Assembly: GCF_020745735.1 (NCBI RefSeq)
Contig: NC_083429.1
Span: forward strand, 50,201,877-50,265,876
Direction of reading: 5' to 3'
From: Hemiscyllium ocellatum
Taxonomy: Eukaryota
DNA: 64,000 nucleotides
Under the pieces are notes generated by a model that saw only the letters and a list, made by a program, of their open reading frames with translations, did not search any database and was not told where the DNA came from. The translations under genes were made by a program, and so were the position numbers. Position 1 is the first letter of the stretch; every line of letters begins with the position of its first letter. Positions 13,501 through 25,500 of the stretch are shown here, in pieces.

Positions 13501-16500
13501 AGTCATGACTCAGTTGGGAGTTGATTTTTATATTAAGTCCTGAGCACAAAACCTAAAATCACGCTTTATTGTCAAAGGTCTATCTTCCAAATGAGTCATT
13601 AAAGCAAGGCCCCATATTCCTTTTCTCAAGTGGACATGAAGATCACACAGTACAGTTTCAAAGCAGAGCAGATGAGTTATGCTGGTGTCTTGGTCAATAT
13701 TTAATGCCAAACCTATATCACCAATCAGATGATGCGGTCATGATAGCATTGCTGTTTTTGGAAGCTTAAAGTCGGAAAATTAGATGTCACGTTCTACACT
13801 GCAACCTGACTTCATTTCAAAGATTATTTAATTGGATCTAAAACATTTTGTAATGTTCTGCGGTCATGAAAGGTGATATAAATGTGCATACTTTCTTCTC
13901 ACTGTTTAAATTTGGCGTTAAACAAAATAACATATTTTGGTAACTAATTGTACATTTTTTGAAATGCTCCAAAATGCACATTGTTTGCAGTGTTCCAGGC
14001 TGGTGATAACTTTTGGAGTTCAGCTGGGCTCTGGAATGTTACAAGTGGCAGTCAAGTTTAACACTGCCTGAGGGGCTGGTGTGGGGGGGGACGGGGAATA
14101 AGCTCTCAAAGAGGGACTGTTACTAACCGTCTCTCCTTTCAACCTGGACACACTTTTCCCTTGCTTCTGCAAAAAGGAGGATCCTGGTCTTATTGTGTAA
14201 GATTCTTCCACTGAAGAAAACATTGCTTGCTCTCCAAACAGGCCAACTTTCTCAACTCTAACACTGAAAGGACTTTTTCCAAGATAGGTAGACCCCTCTT
14301 TCCCCACCGCAACAAACCCTTAAGACGCTATATAAATGTTATTGGTACTATTAATAAATGTGGACAAATGGTTTGGGCCCCAAGAAAAGTTAAAAAAGCA
14401 AACAATATAATCAACATTATGTTAAACAAAAGTGCCAGACTTGAGCAAATAGTATACAATCTCAGGATTTATCTCAAATCGTGTTTACGCTCATCTTGAA
14501 TAAGCTTAGGAGCTAATCAATAAAAGCTGCAATCTGTGAAACAAGAGATTTAGCACGTCTCTAGTTTGAATGGTAATGCTACCAAGACTTTTTTAAAGTA
14601 CAATAAATATTTATTTTTCATTAATATCTTGCATAAGGAAGTGTTTTTTGACTGAAGAAGGAATGGTCAGTGTCAGACTAAGTGCGTATGGAATGCAGAT
14701 GAGCTAAAAATGATAATTTTGTATGTGGTTCCCTAGTCTTTGTCATACAACTATAAAGTCTTGACAACTCATGGACAATTTGCATTACATCCTTCGCACT
14801 ATTGGGAGTTGTCTACGGCTAGTATATTTCTATCTAATTCTATCTGATGATCATGCCAGATACTGAGCTGAGCCATTAGGTGATTTCATTTATTTCACCT
14901 AAGCCTTTCATGAGCAAGGTTACATAATTTAAATTTCAAGCCCTGATCCCCAAGGCTATTTACATTAAACCAAATAGCTTTTCACATTAGGTCAATTCAA
15001 CACCATGAAGAAACAAGAAACTATTGGTTCTTACTGACCTTAAACTTAAAGAACTTTAGAACTTCAGCTATATCAAAGTTCAAATCTTCACACAGCATAT
15101 CCCCAGCAACCTGGAAGTACGTAAAGTTTGTGGTGAGACAGTGAGAGCAAAGAGCCTAAGATTCAGTAAACGGCCAACAATGAAATGTAACATACCACCA
15201 TGACATCATCATTGAATCTCTTGCTCCTGATCACAAGCTCCAAGTCAGCCACTGCCCCTAACTGTGTTTGGCTGGTTGTTGACCCATCGTTAATAATGTT
15301 TTCCACTGGAAAATCATTGGCAGTTGCCCATCGTTCATAGTACTTGTACCTACATGTAGAAAGTTAACAATTAATTCAGACCAGTGCCCACAGTATTTCC
15401 ATATCACTGAACAAGACCATACCAGCCCTGCTCACATTTTGGTGACTGTAGTAAACTAAAGATTTCATTCATCCAGCAGCTTTCATCACTTCAAAACATC
15501 CCAAAGCACTTTAAAAAGAACTGTTGCGATGTAGTCAATGTTCCAATGTAGGAAATATATCAGACAATCTGTACAGAGCCAGCTCCCACAGTCTGCAGTT
15601 GGATAATGGCCAGGCAGCTGCTTCATTTATGTGATGCTGACTGGGTAAAGTTTTGCCGTGGAGACTGCAGACAACTCCCCTGCTCCTCCAAGTCATGCAT
15701 GAGACCTTTTACTCCTGACTCTCATTCCATTTATAGCTTTCATAAAGATAAAATCCTGCAGATGCTGGAAATCTGAAACAAAAACAGAGAATGCTGGAAA
15801 ATTTCAATAGATCTGGGTATAGTTATGGAGAGAGAACCTGGACAGTTTGATGGCTCAGTGGTCAGCACTGCTGCCTCACAGCACCTATGACCTGCATTCA
15901 ATTCCACTCTCAGGTGACTGCCTGTGCAGAGTTTGCACATTCTCCCCATGTCTGCATGGATTTCCTCTGGATGCTCCGGTTTCCTCCCACAGTCCAAAGA
16001 TGTATAAGTCAGGTAGTCTGGCCATGCTAAATTGCCCATAGTATCCAGGGATGTGCAGACTTGGTGGATTAACCATGGGGAATGCAGGATTACAGCCTTA
16101 GAGTGGGGGTTGGGTCTTCAGACAGTCAGTGTGGATCCAATGGGCTGAATGGCCTGCTTCCACACTGTAGGGTTTCTATTAACTATTTGTCTTTCCACAG
16201 ATGTTGTCAGACATGTTGAGATTCTCCAGCATTTTCTGTGTTTATTGTTTTCAAACCTTTGCACTCTTTTCTTGTAATCTGAGGTGGTGGAAGGATTCAG
16301 TTGCATCTCCATGGACACAGCCATGGACACAGCCATCTCTCCACAGCCATGAGGGTTGTTAGTCCCATGTTTCACATCATTATTCATTCCATACTCTCTT
16401 TGTCCCAGCTTACTACACTTGCTTATAAACTTCACCACGAACTGGGAAAAACAGCTGGATTGATACATCTGCCTGCTGAGCGTTTCTGGCATCTTCGTTT

Positions 16501-19500
16501 GTTATTTCAGATTTCCAGCAGTTTCCCTTTAGTTTTACTGACCATACTCTGCTTTGCTTCTAGTCTCAGCAGCAAGTATACTCACTTGTCTGCATTTGTG
16601 ACAAGGTAGACATCACTGAAGAGCTGGCGTCTGCAAACAGAACAGAGAAGACATCATGATGTATGGCAAGTCAAATTAAGTTTCATACCGGAAGATAGAG
16701 GGTTAGAAGAGAGATTAGAGTTTGCATTTATATAGTGCCTTTCACAGCCTTGGTTTTTGACAGCAAATTAATTCCTTCCTGAAGTGTTTATCATGTTAGA
16801 AGCATCACTGCTAAATTGATAACAGTGAGATTCCAAAAACAACAATGAACTCAATAGCCAAGAATAATCTCTGTTTGTAATATTGGATAAAGGATTAACA
16901 CTGGTTAGCTTGAATTCCCATACTCTGCCAAAATAGTCCAGGGGGATTTATAACATCCACCTGAGGGAGCAATCAGGGCCTTGGTCAAATACAGCTGTTG
17001 AAAGCCAGCACCTCTGCGAGTATAAGACAACTTTTACACATAACCAGAATTATCAACCTACAACTAAAGCTCAGATCTCTCGAGTGGGATTCGATCCCAC
17101 AAACTCCTCAGCCAGAGGTAAGAGTGATATCTACTCAGCTAAAGCCGACACTAGAGAAAATCTGGTTAATCTTCATGGAACCTGAGTGTTCCATCCTCTT
17201 GACTGTGGAAAAGCTTGCTTCTGGAAGAACATTTTCCGGTGGTCACAATTCCTTTCTCACCGTCCCCTGTTTTCTAATCTTTTACATTACTTGTCCTAGA
17301 CTGGTTATCTTAGTCAGGTGAGATTTAAATGAAATTAATTTAAAAAATAAATAATACTACAAAACAAAAACAGCTCTTGCATGCAACATCAGGAACAAAC
17401 GTGGTAGCACACTCACATGTTCACAACTTCCCACCAGAAATCCAGAATCTTTTTCCCACCAACTCCCGGTAACAGAGCCTTTGGGATCCCAACTAAATGG
17501 CTGTAGAGGCCTGTGGCTTCATTCTGTGAAGAAATTATTTCAGTGAACTGCACAGTACACCAAAAGACCTGTTCACGGTTCATGTAGGAAATAACAGAAT
17601 ACTACTTGCATTTATATGGTGCTTATCACAATCTCAGAATGTCCTAAACTGCTTTTTTTTTGAAAATATAGTCACTATTGTAGGAAAAGTGGAAACAAAC
17701 ACACGCAGCAAGCCCCTACAAACAAATATGGGAAAACGATCAAATAACGTGTCTTAATAATAACATTAAACAAGGTTCTGTGAAATAAAAGAGTAAAAAG
17801 TGAGGTCTGCAGATGCTGGAGATCAGAGCTGAAAATGTGGTGCTGGTTAAAGCGCAGCAGGTCAGGCAGCAGGTTAAACCTACTGCAAATCCTCTTGCAA
17901 GGATGCTTCCTTGAAGAAGCTCTCTTCCTCCCTCTCCAAGGATTTCAGTGAGTCTCTCTCTCACTGCACCCCCCAGGTCATCTCCTCTGCACAGAAGCTC
18001 CTCCATCGCCAGAACATAACAACACGACGGTTGGAGGAAGAGCGCCTCATTCTTCCGCCTGGGAACCCTCCAACCACAAGGGATGAACTCAGATTTCTCC
18101 AGTTTCCTCATTTCCCCTCCCCCCACCTTGTCTCAGTCGATTCCCTCGAACTCAGCACCGCCCTCCTAATCTGCAATTTTCTTCCTGACCTCTCCATCCC
18201 CACCCCACTCCGGCCTATCACCCTCACCTTGACCTCCTTCCACCTATCACATCTCCATCGCCCCTCCCCCAAGTCCCTCCTCCCTACCTTTTATCTTAGC
18301 CTGCTGGACACACTTTCCTCATTCCTGATGAAGGGCTTTAGCCCGAAACGTCGAATTTCCTGTTCCTTGTATGCTGCCTGACCTGCTGCGCTTTAACCAG
18401 CAACACATTTTCAGCTCTGTGAAATAAAAGCACATGTTCCAAGAAAGCTCTATTTCTGTACTTCAAAATAATATCATGAGAATCTTGTGCCTATCTGCAA
18501 AAATCATAGAATCCCCACAATGTGAAAACAGGCTATTCAGCCCATCAACTCCACACTAACCCTCTGAAGAGCATCCCACACAGACACAGCACATCCCGTG
18601 GATGATCCACACACCCTGGACTCTATGGGCAATTTGACATAGAGTCCAGGGTCCACCTTTCTGATACTGAGTCTTTGAAATCTCTATTAAGTGTCTCCTT
18701 CATGTTTCTCATCCCACTCTTTCATTCTGCTACTCAGAATTGTTTCTCATTGTTTTCTTTTGACAATCCTTCCTTCAATTAGCAGCTCACAGTACATGTA
18801 GCCTAAACAAATATAAGACAAAATAAAGGCAAAATTCTGCAGCTGCTGGAAATCTGAAACAAACACTGAGCATGCTGGAGAAACTCAGCAGGTCCGTATG
18901 TAGATTAGCTCGCTGAGCTGGAGGGCTTATTTTCAGATGTTTCATCACCATACCAGGTAACATCATCGACTGGGACAACGTACACATCCTAGGACACGTG
19001 AAACAAAGACACACCCAAGAATTCTTAGAAGCATGGCATTCTGACCAGAACTCCATCAATAAACACATTGATTTGGATCCTATCTAACTTCGTTTGAAAA
19101 AATGAACCGGAAATGACATCACCCACTTTAAGAAACCAAGACCTATAAATAGAGAGGCAGGATATACCACCAGCACTTCACCGGAGACTCTCTCTGATGA
19201 TATTACTTAGTCTTGATGACAAAACATCTGAAAACAAACCCTCTAGCTCCGTGAGCTAAATTACATATTTATCATCAACCTGAGCTACAAATCTCAAAAA
19301 TCACTAACTCAGCAGGTCTGGTAGCATCTGTACAGAGACAAACAGAGTGAACAGTTTCAATCTGGTATGACACTTTTTCAGAACTGTTCTGGACTCAGGA
19401 CACAGTATTGACTCTGTTCTTCGATCCACAGATGTTGCCAGACCTGCTAAGTTTCTCCAGTATTCTCTATGTTTAGTTCAAATAAAAGCACAATAGCATG

Positions 19501-22500
19501 GAGTTTGGATACTGTGGATGCAGGGTCACCTGGTTAAAATAGAGATGAAGCAACTTTATTTTTCTCTCAGAGGGTCGTGAATCTTTGCAACTCTTCCTGA
19601 AAAAGTAATGGAGATAAAGTCCTTGAATATGGTTAAGATAGATTCTTCTTAACTAAGGGGTAGGTGGCCATCAGGAGTAGGTGTGAATGTGGATTTAAGA
19701 ATACTTTCCAATCAATCATGATCTTGTTGAATGGCAGAGCCAGGCTCAAGGGAACTGAATGTCCTCCTCCTTCTCCTAATTCATAAGGAAATCTAAAACA
19801 AAAGCAGAAATACTGGAAAATACTCAGCAGATCAGTGTGCATCTGCAGAGAGAGAAGCAGACCTTAAAAATTTTGGGTCATGACCTTTCATAAACCATTA
19901 ATGCTATTTCTCTCTCCAATGATGTTGCCTGACCCACTCTGCCTTTGCAGTGTCACCTGTTTTTATTGGGATCCAACTAACACTGCTCACAGCAGTAACA
20001 TTTTGTTTCTGATCTGTCCCTGATCCGGTTTAGTGCCTAAGTAGTACTTCCACTGTAGACGAGTTCCATATAGGATTTCTGGTTTTTAGCTATACCAGTA
20101 TCACACAGCAGAGACCTCTCCTCTGCCATCACCCACTCCTGACACCAGCACCACCTTTCTGTTGAAAGAACTCTGAGGGTTTGAGCTTCTCCTGTGTCCT
20201 AACTCCAACCCTCACACAAGAGGTCTTGTTATCATATGGTCTGCTATTTCACAGAATTCATGATTAGCCACTAACAGTCCCCACTAATAGCTATTCATTC
20301 TCCCAGGCAGGCCATTATCCATTCCATTATCTGTCAACCATTCTTGTCTCTCTTTGGGCTCTATCTCCACCTATTGCTTATCCTTACCCACTCTCCCTAC
20401 CCTATCTTCTGCAAAAAAGCCACATTTTCCCAGCTATCCCCATCAGTTCAAAGAAGGGCCACTGGATCCAAAATGTTAACTCTGATTTCCCTCCATAAAT
20501 GCCAGCGATCAGCTCAGCTTTTTCAGCAAACTTTGATTTGACTCCCATTTTCCATTCCTTGATCCTTTGGTAGCTATTTCAGGTTTATTATCCACACTCA
20601 ATCATATCTACTCCATACTGAGTTTGCATTGTTCCTCCTTATGGGAAAACTGCTACAAATCAAGGATTATGTCAGAGGTTAAAAATCACACAACACCAGG
20701 TTATAGTCCAACAGGTTTAATTGGAAGCACTAGCTTTCGGAGCGCTGCTCCTTCATCAGGTGATTGTGGAGGACACAATTGTAAGGCACAGAATTTATCA
20801 CAAAAATTTACAGTGTGATGTAATTGAAATTATACATTGAAAAATACCTTGATTGTCTGTTGAATCTTTCATCTCTTCGAATACCATGATAGTTTTTCTT
20901 CTTTCATGTGTAAATCACAAAATCTTTTTTTAAAAGTTGCATTCTCAGGTTAGCTGTAACAATTGGTGTTAGCTAGACAATATGTTGAAGGTGTTAGCTC
21001 CCTGTGTTCTCTGTCTATGCCATGATGTTTAGATTGATTCTAATCTAAAAAGTGAGATAACAGAGTTTTACATGAATTCATACAGTTTTTGAGCTCAGAG
21101 TTTTACATGAATCTATGCAGTTTTTGAGCAAAGTACAATGTAACTCTGCAAGTACAAATTCACCCCACAAAATGTATGTGTGCATGTGGGTCTTTGTGTC
21201 TGTGTGTGTGTGTGTGTCTGTCTGTCTGTCTGTCTGAGTTGGGGGTTGTGAGTGTGATATGTATGTGTGTAGTGAATGCAGCTCAAAAACTGTATGAATT
21301 CATGTAAAACTCTGTTATCTCACTTTTTAGATTAGAATCAATCTAAACATCATGGCATAGACAGGGAATACAGGGAGCTAACACCAATTGTTACAGCTAA
21401 CCTGAGAATGCAACTTTTAAAAAAAGGTTTTGTAATTTACACATGAAAGAAGTGAAACTATCATGGTATTCGAACAGATGAAGGACTCAACAGACAATCA
21501 AGCTATTTTTCAATGTATAATTTCAGTTACATCACGCTGTAAATTTTTGCTATAAATTCTGTGCCTTACAATTGTGTCCTCCAGAATCACCTGATGAAGG
21601 AGCGATGCTTCAAAGGCTAGTGTGCTTCCAATTAAAACACCTTTGATCACAAGTCCATCAGGAAGTGGTCAGCACGTAGCATCCTTGAGACCCTTCGGGA
21701 AAAGGAGAGGGTGGATCCTGTCGAGTGGTTCCCTGAGCAGACTGTCAAAGCAATTTGGCAGAATGCCTCATCGCCAGAACTTTCCAACAAGCACCAAGAC
21801 ATGGCTTGGCTGGTGGTGAGAAGGGCTCTACCTGTGAGATCATTTATGCACGCCCGGACTCTCAGCCGCACCGCACGCTGCCCTTGAAGTGGCTGCGGGG
21901 GGGAAGAGACTGTCACACACCTCCTTCTGGAATGTGCCTATGCAGAGGAAGTCTGGAGAGGAATGCAATGGTGTTTGTCGAGGTTCATCCCGAGCAGCGC
22001 CGTGACGCGGGACTCCGTGCTCTACGGCCTGTTCCCCGGGACACACACCGAGACGAACATCAACTGCGCCTGGAGGATCATCAACTCGGTGAAGGACGCT
22101 CTCTGGGTGGTCCGAAACCTGTTGATCTTCCAGCTGAAGGAGTTGACTCCGACTGAGTGTTGCACATTCCAAGGTCCAGGACTACGTGTTGAGGGATGCG
22201 CTGAAGCTTGGGGCAGCTGCCACCAAGGCACGGTGGGGAAAGACCACCATTTAACATCTGCCCGTCTAAAGAAGATCAGGGGGCCCTGCAGTCATTTGGG
22301 CTCTGCTGACGCCTCAGCTCAATATGTGAGTGAGAAATGCACAGATCTGTATGTAATAATGAAAATTCTGAGCTGTGTATGTAAATGTTGACATATGTAT
22401 GGCATTACCAAATGTACAGTGTATCAAATATTTTATGAATATTTTATGAATAAAGTATATTTTTGAAATAAAAAAAAGTGTGCTTCCAATTAAACCTGTT

Positions 22501-25500
22501 GGACTATAACCTGGTGTTGTGTGATTTTTAACTTTGTACACTCCAGTCCAACACTGGCATCTCCAAATTATGTCAGAGGTAAAATGTTACTTCACAGAAG
22601 ACATTACAACATTGAAATATTTAAAATAGTGTAGGCATAAACTATCATGTAATCTTAGAATCACAGAATCCCTACAGTGGGGAAACAGGCTATTTGGCAC
22701 AACCAGTCCACACCAACCCTCTGAAAAGTATCCCACCCAGACCCATTCCCTACCCTATTACTCTATATTTCCTCTGACTAATGCACTAACCTACATATTT
22801 CTGAATACTATGGGCAATTTAGCATGGCCAATTTACTTAACACTTAATCACACCTCTCTCCCCTTCTTTCTCAAGCAAAGGTAGATACAGAAATAGACTG
22901 AGAAACAAATAGAGAAGGGATGCTTTCTCAGCACTCATAGGGAATGCTGAAGATAACTTTATTGGTCAAGCTTACTGAAATAACTCCACTAAGGCTGGTA
23001 TTCCGTCACCATTTATATAAGTGGAGAGTCCTGAACAGTGATCCAGCTCCCTAAGAACCAGCTCTAAGAGTGAACAGAATGACTTACATTCGTGTTCTTA
23101 TGTGTCAGCCAGGGCTCCCTGAGTGGACCAGATTGACAGCCCCAATCAGGGAACTCATATTCATTGAGGTCCACCTGGCTGACCCCATTACATTCACTAC
23201 ACTTACCCTTTATGAATTTAAGAACTATTGGAACGGGAAGTTTTGTTAAATCTTTTGAAGAATGACAATTGGTTCCAGAAAATCTTCAACAAAGGAAAAC
23301 AAACAAGTGTTGGAGAAACTCAGCAGGTCTGGCACAGTATTTTGCTATTACTTCAACAAAGAAAAGTAAGTAGGGTCTCAAGGGATGTGGAGTGGGAAGG
23401 TTGAGTGTGAGAGTATTTAGTGGACATGGAGTTAGTACACAGACACAGTATGATTTGAAAGGACTCTGGGTAGACTGGCACTGAGGCTTGTTATTGAATG
23501 GATAGGGTTCTGTGGGCAGGAGATATTGCAAATCTAGGGTACTGCAAGGATCACTGGCTTTGTGTAACTAAGGCACTGTGCAATTTAGAGACTTGGTGTG
23601 CGACGTGCTGACTGCATGGGCCCCTGGTACACCACCATTCAACTTGTGAAGGATTTTAAATGATAACATAGACCCTAACAGCAAAGGCAATGACAGTTTC
23701 ACATTCCAAGCACATTCCACTCACAAATTACAACATCCAAACATACATCAGCAATCTAATTTAGTTTTGTTCATTTTTTGTTAGTTTAAAAACAAATAAT
23801 TAAAAGTTTTAAATGCAAGTCATTTAAATTTGGAACATTACAATGCTTTGAGGATTTTTTATTATTCTTTACACCTTGTAATTATTCGATAATCTTAATT
23901 TGCTCCTTACAACTGGATGGGGTCATTAATTAAGTCTGGTTATTGTTTTGGATTTAGTGCTGGAGCAATTGTTGATTACAACCTGTGAGAAATACTGCAT
24001 TTGATTAAAATTCACACTGACTGCTTGAACCGTGTAATTAGGGCAGCAACATGATGCATCTCCTGTCAGTGTATCCCTAGTCAGGATATGACAATAATTA
24101 ACACACTTAATAATATGATAAACAAAACAGACCTGGAACACTTTATATTACCAGATCAGCTGAATAGGCTCAAGACCAAGAGTCTATGGACACAGTGTCC
24201 AATGACTATGGATTGTATATGGAAAGTAGCATGGGATCTCTGCAGTCTCTATACATACCTCTGCCCATGGTTACATAGCAATGTTTCAATATTTGTTCAC
24301 TTTACATGTTATCTTGAAAGGACCCCTCATATATTAGAGTTGATCTTTCTCTGCACCTTCTCTTTCACAGTAACACATTCTGTTCGTTACCCTGATGTAC
24401 TTACAGATTTAGAGAAAGTGAGGACTGCAGATGCTGGAGATCATAGAGAAGTGTGGTGCTGGAAATGCACAGCAGGTTAAGCAGCATCCGATGTCACAAA
24501 GCTAGTTCCTTTTTTCTAGAAACTGTTCTTTGGCTCAAGGAGATCCTGTCCTTGATTTTTTTCAGAGGGGCAATAAACCAGACCAGGCTCCGATCAGTCT
24601 GATTTGGTACAGAGATGAAAAGGATTTTGAGGAGCCTTTTGTTAATATGTAAATAGATGAGACTTCAGGCCAAAGTGGTCATGTTTTAGAAGTGACCTGT
24701 ATATTGAAAGGAGAGTGGTCAGCTTTTGAGCTGAGCCGAGCAGTTTTAGTTCAGTCTTATTGGGAAGGTCAACAGGGAGCTGTGTGGAAACTCTCTCTCT
24801 CTTTTCTGCCCTTCAACTTCACCCTGTAAGCGTGTGTTCCATTTATACTGGCTTTTAAAGGCAGTTTGCTTATTGGGATTGTTGTGTATATTTGGATCAG
24901 CATAATTAAGTCTAGTTGGATAGGCTGACTTCTGTAGGGGTTCTTTATTCTGTTCTTTGTGTTTCATTGTGTAATTTTGTGAATAAATTTTTTTGTCTGT
25001 TTTAAAATCTAGTAGTCAACCTATCTATCTTACTCTGGGTAATTTTCACTGTACACTTACTGAAACAAATTGCAAAGTTATGGTCTGGGACTGCCTGTTT
25101 AAGAATGTTTTGTGTTGTCTGGCCTAGTCCATAACACCAAGGAGCAGGAGAATCAATGTTTTGGACAAAGCCCTTCATCAGGAATTCCTGATGATGGGCT
25201 AATGCTGAAATTTAAATTCTCCTGCTCCTTGGATGCTGCCTGACCTCCTGTGCTTTTCCAGCAGCACACTCTCGACTCGTACTTACAGATTTGTTTGGAA
25301 AGCCAGCAAAACAATACTTTTCACTGTATCTAACAGTGACAGAAACCAAATCAAATCAAATCAAAACTTGTGCTGTAATGACAGCACTCTACCCTTCAGA
25401 GTATCCTTCAGGTATTTAGAGCATGGAGCGGGCATGAGCGATAGGTGGAGACAAAGCCCAGATAGAGAGGGGAGAGAAAAGTTAAGCAGACATAGGAATT

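Larger units (their letters stand above)
20680..22566. mobile_element. Family A PLE terminal region arranged as a roughly 400-bp inverted repeat, interrupted by a LINE insertion
   Basis: Arms about 20680-21094 and 21280-21636 plus 22478-22531; (TG)n in the loop; 14-bp TSD ATTATGTCAGAGGT at 20666-20679 and 22567-22580. Confidence 0.85.

Noticed and set aside
18613-18652. 15-bp perfect hairpin as a terminator or miRNA precursor
   Set aside because: It sits at the truncation point of a SINE fragment, consistent with a foldback junction, and is too short for a pre-miRNA.
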